Translations under genes and position numbers: made by a program | In this document: piece by piece, positions 17,918 to 26,762 of the stretch | Layout: the number at the start of each line of letters is the position of its first letter | How positions within the stretch are numbered: position 1 is the first letter of the stretch | NCBI GenBank assembly: GCA_019058015.1 | Contig: JAHLWH010000176.1 | Span: forward strand, 1-36,226 | Length of the DNA: 36,226 bases | Direction of reading: 5' to 3' | Source: Promethearchaeota archaeon | GTDB lineage: Archaea; Asgardarchaeota; Lokiarchaeia; Sigyniarchaeales; SOKP01 | Notes under the pieces: generated by a model | The model's input: only the letters and a program-made list of their open reading frames with translations | What the model was told of the DNA's origin: nothing | Databases searched by the model: none

Positions 17918-19963
17918 TTAAATAGCTAATATTTCCGAATTTCCAGCTGGTATCAGTAGTATAATATCATCTAAGGACAAAATATTCACCCACTTTTTCA
18001 AATCATTATCAACTTTTTTTAAAAAAAGATTTTTTAATTTTTTTGCGATACTCCCTGAAGATTCTCCACCTTTCTCAGGAATCAATAGTTCATAAATCTC
18101 CGTTTGTTTTTTAATAGATGATTCCGGTCCTGAAATTACCTTTGGGTAAAAATGTATTAATTCGGGATTCAAATCTTCCTTAATTTTTTCAAATATAATT
18201 CCAATTGCTAATATTAATTTTACTTTTTGAATAAAATTCTTTTTTCCCGAGATTATAAATGAACCTTTTGGTAAAAATTCTCCCGAGGGGGGCGTTTTAC
18301 TCACTTGTTTAGGTAGAACATAAAAAATGTCAGTTATTTTATAACCTTCTTTCCATGCTCGAGAATAACAACCAACAAAAATACTAGCTTCATTAATAGT
18401 ATCTAGAGGGATTTCCTTATTTTCTGGATTTTTTATAACTGTTAATGGTGATCCTCTAATTTCTGAATGTAAAACTAAATCATTAGGCTCAATATATTTT
18501 CTATAGATTGCTTCATTCGAACTGATATCTCTTCCTCCAATTACTAAAAATTCATTACTGGAAATGAACCATCTATATTTTTCATACCATTTTTTCTTTG
18601 GTTTTCGTACCAAATGATCAACAATAACTTGTTCACTATCTTTCTCAATTATAAGTTTTTTAATCTTTTTTTTTGTTTCCTCAATGGCAGAATAGGTTCC
18701 TTCAATTTTTTTTTGAGCTTTTTTACCTTTAGAAAAAATTAAATTTGCATTTTCTCCAATACTTTTATTTAAATCTATGATAAATTCTTTCCCATCTAAT
18801 TGAATAATAATTTGCTTTTTAGAAGGTATGATTTTTCTAAATGGAATTATCTCTTTTATTCCTTGTTCTTTTCCTAAAATTAATTTATCTTCAATTTCAT
18901 TCCATTGATATCCTTTTTTTTTAGCGTCCAAAATTGTTTTTAATAGTTTTTCTAATTCTTTGAAATGTTTATATATACTTTCTCCAATATTGTAATATTT
19001 TTCTTTTTTATTTTCTTGTTCTCTTATATATTCTATTTGTGTTTGTAATCTTTTCTCTAATTTCTCCATCTCTCGATTATATTTTTCAACTGGTTGAGGT
19101 ATAACTTTCGTAGAATCTAACTTTGAAAAATAATTATCAAGGCCCTCATTAAAAGATTCAACATATTGTTTCTGATAACTTTCATATATATATAGATCAA
19201 ATGGTACCACATCAACCACTTCATTCTTATCATCTAAAATAAATTGAGGCTTTAATTTTTCAGTTTTTAATTTTAGAGCAAAGTCCTTTAATATATTAAA
19301 TAATTTACTAATTTCTTCTTCGCTTAATGTATTTGATTTAACTTTTTTATCTAATTGGGACATTTTACAAATTTCTTCACTATATAATCCTGCTATATTA
19401 ATGTTTCTTGCGATTATTCTCACTAATTCATCATTGGAAGTATAAATAATTTTAGAGAAGGAATCTTTATCTAATGAAAATAAATCTAAACCTCTTGATA
19501 GAGGAAATTTATATTCTCTTTTAGCTAATATATCTCGATCTTTAAATTTTTTATATTTTTTTGCCACCATAACTAAATTTTCTTCATTTATGAGAATATA
19601 GTTTCCTTTGGCAAAAAGTTCAATAATAAATTTCCATGAAACTGTGTTCTGATTACTTAACTCAATTACCAATATTCTATCTAAATTATGCTGATAAATG
19701 CTTAAAATTCGACGGTTTTTTAAAAATTTTCTCAAAGAACTACAATATTGACTTGGATATTTTGGTACAGGATAATTATAATTGGTAAGATTTACTCTTG
19801 AATCTCGTTCAATAACTAGATTTCTATTTACTTCTCTAGTTCTAATTTTTATTATTAATAAATCTTTTACCTCGTAGATATTATCAATAAATCCATCACA
19901 TAACTTATCATTTAATTCCTTAGCTACAGCAAAAACATCAATATTGGAAAGTTGTGTTTTCAT
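17918..19963 (-). CDS. rqcH: Ribosome quality-control factor RqcH/NEMF (NFACT family)
   Basis: LDRI, ELFAKGN, coiled coil, WYEKYRWFISS, GGRD...NE, QVSKTPPSGEFLPKGSF. Confidence 0.95.
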   Translation of the reverse strand: MKTQLSNIDVFAVAKELNDKLCDGFIDNIYEVKDLLIIKIRTREVNRNLVIERDSRVNLTNYNYPVPKYPSQYCSSLRKFLKNRRILSIYQHNLDRILVIELSNQNTVSWKFIIELFAKGNYILINEENLVMVAKKYKKFKDRDILAKREYKFPLSRGLDLFSLDKDSFSKIIYTSNDELVRIIARNINIAGLYSEEICKMSQLDKKVKSNTLSEEEISKLFNILKDFALKLKTEKLKPQFILDDKNEVVDVVPFDLYIYESYQKQYVESFNEGLDNYFSKLDSTKVIPQPVEKYNREMEKLEKRLQTQIEYIREQENKKEKYYNIGESIYKHFKELEKLLKTILDAKKKGYQWNEIEDKLILGKEQGIKEIIPFRKIIPSKKQIIIQLDGKEFIIDLNKSIGENANLIFSKGKKAQKKIEGTYSAIEETKKKIKKLIIEKDSEQVIVDHLVRKPKKKWYEKYRWFISSNEFLVIGGRDISSNEAIYRKYIEPNDLVLHSEIRGSPLTVIKNPENKEIPLDTINEASIFVGCYSRAWKEGYKITDIFYVLPKQVSKTPPSGEFLPKGSFIISGKKNFIQKVKLILAIGIIFEKIKEDLNPELIHFYPKVISGPESSIKKQTEIYELLIPEKGGESSGSIAKKLKNLFLKKVDNDLKKWVNILSLDDIILLIPAGNSEILAI

Positions 19964-20003
19964 AACAATAAAATAATAATAATAAAATATATTATTAGAT
20001 TTT

Positions 20004-20330
20004 ATGCCTAATAAAAAAGAGGAAGAAACTGATCTCTTAGAAATACGATTGAAGAAAGAAACTAAGCTTTATTGGATTAAAGCAATAACAGGCGCCGTTA
20101 GTGCATTAGTTGGAAGATTATTTCTTGGTTTAATTGGTTGGTGGATGTTTATTTGGATGCTCTCTTTTTGGTTCGGCTTTCCTTTCATAATTAGTTTTTT
20201 GATTTCTCCTTATGATAAGGAAGAATGGAATTGGAAAATAATATTAAAAACTGGTATTGGAATTTTTTTCTTTACTTTCATGGTAGTTGGGACTCTAACC
20301 CATACGATTTTAAAATTTTTACAATTCTAA
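20004..20330 (+). CDS. Three-TM membrane protein, EMC6/Rab5ip-like
   Basis: Small G/A-rich TM1, GL.G loop, C-terminal G...FF.TF....T..H pattern. Confidence 0.6.
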   Translation: MPNKKEEETDLLEIRLKKETKLYWIKAITGAVSALVGRLFLGLIGWWMFIWMLSFWFGFPFIISFLISPYDKEEWNWKIILKTGIGIFFFTFMVVGTLTHTILKFLQF

Positions 20331-20825
20331 TCTCTGTTTTATTCTCTTTTCTCGCTTTTTTTCAATAAAAACTAACTCATCTAAATTTAAAATTCGATCA
20401 CAATAAATACATTGAATTTTTAAAGGTTTTTCATGTAATACATTAAATTCAGAGTCTATTGGTTCATTTTCAGAATTAGAAATGCAAGTAATATTTGGGC
20501 ATTTTATTAATTTTTTAATTATTTTTGGTAACTTTAATCTTACTTTTTCTATTACATTGAAGTCTTCTATTAATGATATTGATACATTTGGTGTGATTAT
20601 TGAAATTTGTTGTATTTGAGTTTCTGTTAAAAATATATTTTCAACTTTAATAAGATCCTTTTTCCCGTATTTTTTTGATTCAATATTAACACCAATTGTC
20701 ATTAGATTCTGTGTCTCTCCTAATCCAATAATATCCATAATAGATAATGCATATCCTGCGTCTATATGATCAATTACTGTCCCTTTTTTAATTTTTGGTA
20801 TTTTTAATTTGTCTGATTCTTCCAT
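20319..20825 (-). CDS. pyrI: Aspartate carbamoyltransferase regulatory chain
   Basis: GTVIDHI, KKDLIKVE, Zn site CPN..CIS...C.YC. Confidence 0.96.
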   Translation of the reverse strand: MEESDKLKIPKIKKGTVIDHIDAGYALSIMDIIGLGETQNLMTIGVNIESKKYGKKDLIKVENIFLTETQIQQISIITPNVSISLIEDFNVIEKVRLKLPKIIKKLIKCPNITCISNSENEPIDSEFNVLHEKPLKIQCIYCDRILNLDELVFIEKKREKRIKQRLEL

Positions 20826-20901
20826 ATATATCTCACTTTAATAATAAGACCTAAAATTGTTCTTTATTTATCTTTTAAGAAATTATCCATAATTAAAAAC
20901 T

Positions 20902-21993
20902 TTACAATAATAAATATATAATAATTGAAGATGTTATTAGGAAACTAAGATTATCATCAACTGGCAAATCAAGATAATCTATTATCCCAATTATTAAAGC
21001 AACTGTTAATGAGATAAGGAGTGTTTTCTGAGGGCTTATAAAGTTCGGAAAGAATTGAAAAATTAAAAATAAAAATAAAATTCCGGATAAAAAAGAAAAT
21101 AAAATCCCACCAACTAATCCTTCATAACTCTTTTTTCCCCCTCTTATTTTATGACGTCCTATTGTAATTCCTATTAAATTTGCTGAACTGTCACCAACGG
21201 AAGACATAAATATTGAAAGACTAACTATTAACGGACCAATGTTTGATAGAGGTCCAAAAATTAGGATTATTGAAATAGTCCCTACTGCCATTGTAATATG
21301 AGGGCCTATTCTAGTTTTTAATTCTCTTTGTCGTAAAAGTCGATTAATTGATTTCAAAGGATAATCTTCGGGAGCAATTATTCTCACATAATCTGCTGTT
21401 AAAAGTCCCATTAATGAAATACTGGTTAAAAAAACGACTAAATATTGAGTAAAATCTACATTATTTAAAAATATTAAATTTGCCCCTGAAAAAAAATTTT
21501 TAATAAAATCTGGAAGAATGGAAATAAAATTATCTAAAAGAAATTTTGTAAATACTCCAAATATGAAATAGAAAAAACAAATGCAAATAACCATTAAATG
21601 AGCTAATTTTCTATATATCTCATATTTAAGAGGTAATACTCTCAATCCTTCAACATCAACACGTAATTCAGTTAAATTACTCGTACCTTTTTTCATTCTT
21701 TTTCTTTCTCTATATATTAATAAATGGAATGCAAGAAAAAAGGGGAACATAAATAAAATAGTAAAGAAATCAAATGGATATATTAAAATTGGATTAAAAT
21801 TTGGGTTAATAATAGGTCTTAACATACTTGCAATAATTGCGATTAGTAATGTTGAAGTAGTAATAATATTATTAATAAAAGCACTCATCTCATCATACTT
21901 ATATGAAAGAAATGAAAGTTTAAATAACGTACCACATGTCAAGAATAGTAAAAATAAATATATTATGTAAGTAACTATCAAAAAAATGCACAA
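20902..21993 (-). CDS. CTP-dependent polyprenol/diacylglycerol kinase-like membrane protein (dolichol/phytol kinase family)
   Basis: E..RK..H, GD..A..IG...GR, KKSYEG, DDNL. Confidence 0.85.
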   Translation of the reverse strand: MCIFLIVTYIIYLFLLFLTCGTLFKLSFLSYKYDEMSAFINNIITTSTLLIAIIASMLRPIINPNFNPILIYPFDFFTILFMFPFFLAFHLLIYRERKRMKKGTSNLTELRVDVEGLRVLPLKYEIYRKLAHLMVICICFFYFIFGVFTKFLLDNFISILPDFIKNFFSGANLIFLNNVDFTQYLVVFLTSISLMGLLTADYVRIIAPEDYPLKSINRLLRQRELKTRIGPHITMAVGTISIILIFGPLSNIGPLIVSLSIFMSSVGDSSANLIGITIGRHKIRGGKKSYEGLVGGILFSFLSGILFLFLIFQFFPNFISPQKTLLISLTVALIIGIIDYLDLPVDDNLSFLITSSIIIYLLL

Positions 21994-22075
21994 TTACTAA
22001 TTTTTATTATTAAGTGAAATATTAAAAAAAATTTTAACTTAACTAAAAAAATTAAAAAAAAAATATTAATTAAAT

Positions 22076-23473
22076 TTAAAAAGAGGCTTCGTTTATTTTT
22101 GGCATATCATCTGCAGATAACGCCTTTTCTATTTCTTCCGTTGGCATCTCATAATCTTCTAGGGCTCCATCCATATATTCTTTATAAGCTAATAAATCAA
22201 AAAATCCATGACCACTAAAATTAAATAGAATTGTTTTTCTCTCTTTATTTTCCTTAGCTTTTAATGCCTGATCTATTGCTTCTTTTATCGCATGGCATGT
22301 TTCTGGTGCAGGTAATATATATTCTGTTTTGGCAAATAAAAGTCCCGCTTGTATAACATCTGTTTGATGGTGCATAACTGATTTTATGACTTTATTCTTC
22401 AATAAAATAGAAAGGATAGGTGCCATTCCATGATATCTTAATCCTCCCGCATGAATTGGAGATGGAATAAAGTTATGACCTAAAGTATACATCTTTACAA
22501 TAGGTGCCATCTTTGCCGTATCTCCATAATCCCACATATACATTCCTTTGCACAGACTTGGACATGCTCTAGGCTCAACAGCGATCATTTCCGTTTCGGG
22601 GTATACACCCCTTATCTTTTCTCTTATAAAAGGAATGGCGGTTCCAGCAAAATTTGATCCACCTCCAGCACAACCAATTACAATGTCAGGATATTCTCCT
22701 ATTTTAGAAAGCTGGGATTTCACTTCCTGACCGATTACTGTTTGATGTAAAAGCACGTGATTTACAACACTTCCTAAAGAATATCTAATAGATTCATCCC
22801 TTAAGCAATGTTCTATCGCTTCAGATATTGCAAGTCCTAAACTTCCAGGATGATCATTATCTTTTTTCCAATATCTCCTTCCAGATTCTGTGAATTCTGA
22901 TGGACTAGCATGTACTTTGGCATTAAAAATTTTCATTAAAATTTTTCTTCCTGGTTTTTGTAAAAAACTTATTCGAACCATATACACTGTACATTTTATT
23001 CCAGATAAATTACAAGCTAAAGCTAAAGCGCTACCCCATTGGCCTGCACCTGTTTCTGTCACCATCTCATTAATACCTTGTTTCTTGCAAAAATATGCTT
23101 GTGCAAGTGCAGTATTCAATTTGTGACTACCAGTTGGGCTTACTGATTCATTTTTATAAAAAATCTTTATATTATCTCCTTCTATTCCAAGTTCTTTTTC
23201 CAATCTGTATGCTCTATGAAGTGGTGTAGGTCTTCCTATAGATGCATACATTGCTCTTAAATCATTTGGGATTGGAATTGAGTTTTCTTGTGATACCTCT
23301 TGTAAAACACATTCCTTTGCGAAAATCCTCATTGCTAATTCGGGAGGAGCTGGTTTACCATCGGCAGGATTGACTAATGGTGTCATTGGAGTTGGTAAAT
23401 CTGGAAGTATATTTATCCATTCTTTTGGTATTTCACTAGTTGGCAATATTATTCTGCTATTAAATAAATCCAT
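22076..23473 (-). CDS. trpB2: Stand-alone tryptophan synthase beta chain, type 2
   Basis: GRPTPL.RA, PTGSHKLNTA (PLP Lys), TETGAGQWG, GGGSNF, HAGGLRYHG, APE..H, SGHG; GAAGGAG SD is spaced for the ATG at 23473 rather than the TTG at 23479. Confidence 0.95.
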   Translation of the reverse strand: MDLFNSRIILPTSEIPKEWINILPDLPTPMTPLVNPADGKPAPPELAMRIFAKECVLQEVSQENSIPIPNDLRAMYASIGRPTPLHRAYRLEKELGIEGDNIKIFYKNESVSPTGSHKLNTALAQAYFCKKQGINEMVTETGAGQWGSALALACNLSGIKCTVYMVRISFLQKPGRKILMKIFNAKVHASPSEFTESGRRYWKKDNDHPGSLGLAISEAIEHCLRDESIRYSLGSVVNHVLLHQTVIGQEVKSQLSKIGEYPDIVIGCAGGGSNFAGTAIPFIREKIRGVYPETEMIAVEPRACPSLCKGMYMWDYGDTAKMAPIVKMYTLGHNFIPSPIHAGGLRYHGMAPILSILLKNKVIKSVMHHQTDVIQAGLLFAKTEYILPAPETCHAIKEAIDQALKAKENKERKTILFNFSGHGFFDLLAYKEYMDGALEDYEMPTEEIEKALSADDMPKINEASF

Positions 23474-23515
23474 ATTCAATTCTCCTTCAATATTATTTTT
23501 AATATTACAATTTAT

Positions 23516-23532
23516 TCACATCTAAGATGTGA
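23516..23532. promoter_or_regulatory. 17-bp palindrome TCACATCT-A-AGATGTGA in the trpB2 leader (operator or RNA hairpin)
   Basis: Perfect 8-bp arms, read directly; about 40 nt upstream of the trpB2 start. Confidence 0.5.
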
Positions 23533-23659
23533 TTCATCTCTTATTAGATCTTAATAAGAATAATGCAGTTTTAGGATGCGAAATAGTTATTATAAACTAT
23601 TTAAGTAATAGTTAATAAAGTTGCAAGATTAAACTAAGGAAAGACCAATGCCAATAGGC

Positions 23660-23737
23660 TTATCGACACCAACACCAAGCCCACTGCCAACGCCATGAGC
23701 AATTAAAAAGACTACAATTAACTTCCTTAATTTTCAA
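23660..23737 (-). CDS. Candidate Trp-rich leader peptide (25 aa) upstream of trpB2
   Basis: TTG AAA ATT AAG GAA GTT AAT TGT AGT CTT TTT AAT TGC TCA TGG CGT TGG CAG TGG GCT TGG TGT TGG TGT CGA TAA = MKIKEVNCSLFNCSWRWQWAWCWCR*; same strand as trpB2, ending 186 nt before its start. Confidence 0.7.
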   Translation of the reverse strand: MKIKEVNCSLFNCSWRWQWAWCWCR

Positions 23738-23832
23738 GCTTTTTTAACTAATTTTTTTATAATTTCCTAATATTAAAATATGATATTCTTTAAAATATAA
23801 AAATCTTTTTTTTTAAAAACAAAATTAGAATA

Positions 23833-24237
23833 TTAGACTCTGCTTAGAATTTCTCTGATTTTATTTGCGGCGATTCTAAATACCTTCACTGTTTTCATCA
23901 TTGTTTGAATAATAGTTCCTGCTCCAACTAAAACGAAACGACCGGCATTTGATACAATAAAATAACCTGTTTCTCCTCTTACAATTATTTCATTAATATT
24001 TTCTCCAAAAAGTGAGTTCATTGCGCTTCTCGCTGTCATTAGGATTGCCGAACTTAGACCTCCAAATCTATCTCCATCCATTTTATATTGTGGGAGACAA
24101 CTGAAAGCTATGACATATCCTTCTTGGCTTACAAGCGCTAGTGCCTCTATTTCGCAATTTGATGTGATAAAAGTTATTTGAGGGGCAATTTCATCAATAA
24201 CTCGCTGGTCTAATCCTAGGTCGGAACCGAATTGCGT
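23833..24237 (-). CDS. Roadblock/LC7 (MglB-like) protein; probable ACG start (134 aa)
   Basis: The in-frame upstream extension supplies the roadblock helix 1 and IEALALVSQEGYVIA strands; the C-terminal half reads EIIVRGETGYFIV. Confidence 0.88.
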   Translation of the reverse strand, partial: TQFGSDLGLDQRVIDEIAPQITFITSNCEIEALALVSQEGYVIAFSCLPQYKMDGDRFGGLSSAILMTARSAMNSLFGENINEIIVRGETGYFIVSNAGRFVLVGAGTIIQTMMKTVKVFRIAANKIREILSRV

Positions 24238-24446
24238 TTATTCTCACGTCCACAAATTTAAACTTTTTTTATGACTAATATAATTCTAATAAGGAAATGG
24301 TTATTTATTTTTTTTCTTTTAAGATTATTTTTAATTAAAAAATGTAAGTATGATTTCAGATAAATTTAGGATGGATTAAATTAAAAATAACGATATAATT
24401 ATTTATATAAGATTTTAAGATAAATATAGATAATAAAAAAATTTTT

Positions 24447-26762
24447 TTGATTTTTTTGATTACTACACGCGAATATATTGAGAATATTTATACCATAATC
24501 TTTGGATATTCCTCTCCAGATCGAGATATAAAAGTTGGAGAAGTTATTGGACCAGGAAAATTAACACAAGAAAAAATAAAAAACTTAGTTAGTGAATTAT
24601 TGATATTTCAAACTCAATATAATGCAATGTTGAAAGATTATGCTGGCTCAGAAATTTATTTCATTGAATTTGAATTATTTAATATTGATGAGAAAGATGC
24701 AAAAACTAAATTGTATCCAAATTCTATGATTTTTATTCCTGGTTCTTTTAAGGATTGTGAGTCTCTTCTACTTGCATTAAAACCTGAAAAAAAAGTTTTA
24801 GAAATTCATAATTCCCGAGAATCTCTTAATAGAATCAGTAAATTATTTTTTGAAGTTGAGGAATTTACCAGACGTCCTGATTTAAATAAATTTCATAAAG
24901 AAGCGGTTCTAGCGAAATTTGCCACTCATTTCACATTTAAACTACAAGGAGATTTATTGGAGGGTAAATGGGATAAAAAATTAGTTGGAATAAAATCTTC
25001 GACACCTACTGAAGATGAATCAATGAATGTATATAGCACAATTAAGGGTGATAATATATTTTTATATGGAGAATCCCCCCCTGAAATACGAATTGAGAAC
25101 CCTATATTTGTAAAAATTCCTTTAAATTTTAAAGAAACTGTTATTAATGAACATACCAAATATTTTATCTCATCACCAAGCGCATATTTCATTACATTAA
25201 ATACATTGAAATTGGGGGCAAATTTATTGAAAATTGCAAATACTGGTACAATTGACGAAATTCAAGAAAAGATTGTTACTTACTTAATTGAAATTATTGC
25301 TCAAAAAATTCAACCAATAAAAGAGCCTAAAAATGATCAATGGTTAATTGATAAGATAAATACAATATTAATAAATTGTTCTTTATCTTTTAGTAAATAT
25401 TTCGATTTCATTTCTAAATTCATTAAAACGGGCGAAACTGGCAATTTAGAGGAAATTATAGAAAAATTATTAAAATATATTTCTCATAAAATAGAAATAA
25501 CCGAAGAAAATTACAAAGAATATAATTATATAGTTGAATTTACTCTGAAACAATTGTTAAAAGAATATAATTATATTCACGCTGCTGAGCTCGAATCAAC
25601 ACTAAACTATTTGAATGAGTTATTTAAAAAAACCTTAAAAATATTCATTATCGCGCTTCCAAAATACTTTTTTGGATATAGGTTAAAATTCTATTTAAAG
25701 AAATATATACAAAGTCTCAGAATCTTGATGGAAAATGAGCCAAAACTCTCAAATATCCTCGGAAATAAATTTATTGATAAATTGGATGATTATATTAGTA
25801 ATTTAATAGAAAAAAGATTGATTATTGAAAGAATAAAAAAATATGATGAGACACAACCAATTGAAGAAATTAAAGAAATAATTAATTCCAGTATAATGGA
25901 ATTTTTTGAAAAACTAGATTTCAATATATCCGATCTTATTTCTTTTTCAGAGATAATGATGGATGGAGACCCAAGCCGAATTCGAATACATTTAGATAAG
26001 CTTAAAGTTTTTCCTCAAGAAATAAAATTTCTATTAAATCTTATTTTACGATATTCTACAATAAACCGATTCCTTAGAGGAATATCTATAGATGAAATTC
26101 AAGATCCAGTTACATTTGGAAATTTTTTTCATAGATTCTTACAAAAAAGAGTGGGAGGGATTGATTTAAAATGGAGCGAGCATTGTCTAAATTGGATAAA
26201 ATTATATGTTAAACAATACTTGAACATAATAGAAAAGAAAGATTGGCAAATTTATGAAATTGTTAATGAATTTATTGATTTCTTGGAAAAAATTGAAAAA
26301 CAAGATCAAGACCCTAAAAATTTTAGCGTAATTTTGAATAGATACATTGAAACCATTATTAATCAAGAAGAAAAAAGTATTCTCTTGAATTTCTCTAAAC
26401 ATTATCAATCTTCATTAGAAATTAAACAAAATTTTTCTAGATATATAGAAAACATTATAATTGAGGATCTAAAAAAAATTAAATTTGAACCAAAACCTCA
26501 AATACCCATTAAATTTATTTTTCCAGATGATTCTCAAGAATCATTATTTGAATTTTTAGAAAGAAAAGAATTAAAATATTTCTCGAAATTAATCGCACGA
26601 CCTATGACAATAACTCTAAAGCATATTTTAGATGAAAATGAAAAAGACCGGGTTAAAGAGGAATTATATCATGTCTTTGATTTTCAATATTGGCATAATA
26701 ATCTAAAAATTCGTTTAAAAAATAATTGGAATGATATATATAAAGAGTGGATGTCATATTGA
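24447..26762 (+). CDS. Large, mostly helical hypothetical protein
   Basis: 771-aa ORF; no recognisable motif. Confidence 0.8.
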   Translation: MIFLITTREYIENIYTIIFGYSSPDRDIKVGEVIGPGKLTQEKIKNLVSELLIFQTQYNAMLKDYAGSEIYFIEFELFNIDEKDAKTKLYPNSMIFIPGSFKDCESLLLALKPEKKVLEIHNSRESLNRISKLFFEVEEFTRRPDLNKFHKEAVLAKFATHFTFKLQGDLLEGKWDKKLVGIKSSTPTEDESMNVYSTIKGDNIFLYGESPPEIRIENPIFVKIPLNFKETVINEHTKYFISSPSAYFITLNTLKLGANLLKIANTGTIDEIQEKIVTYLIEIIAQKIQPIKEPKNDQWLIDKINTILINCSLSFSKYFDFISKFIKTGETGNLEEIIEKLLKYISHKIEITEENYKEYNYIVEFTLKQLLKEYNYIHAAELESTLNYLNELFKKTLKIFIIALPKYFFGYRLKFYLKKYIQSLRILMENEPKLSNILGNKFIDKLDDYISNLIEKRLIIERIKKYDETQPIEEIKEIINSSIMEFFEKLDFNISDLISFSEIMMDGDPSRIRIHLDKLKVFPQEIKFLLNLILRYSTINRFLRGISIDEIQDPVTFGNFFHRFLQKRVGGIDLKWSEHCLNWIKLYVKQYLNIIEKKDWQIYEIVNEFIDFLEKIEKQDQDPKNFSVILNRYIETIINQEEKSILLNFSKHYQSSLEIKQNFSRYIENIIIEDLKKIKFEPKPQIPIKFIFPDDSQESLFEFLERKELKYFSKLIARPMTITLKHILDENEKDRVKEELYHVFDFQYWHNNLKIRLKNNWNDIYKEWMSY

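Noticed and set aside
23634-23696. Alternative ATG-started frame MALAVGLVLVSISLLALVFP* overlapping the Trp leader
   Set aside because: It looks like a TM peptide, but its codons (GCG, TTG, GTG, GGC, TCG) are atypical for this AT-rich genome and are what a TGG-NNN repeat produces when read one base off. The position before trpB2 favours the Trp frame. Not fully excluded.
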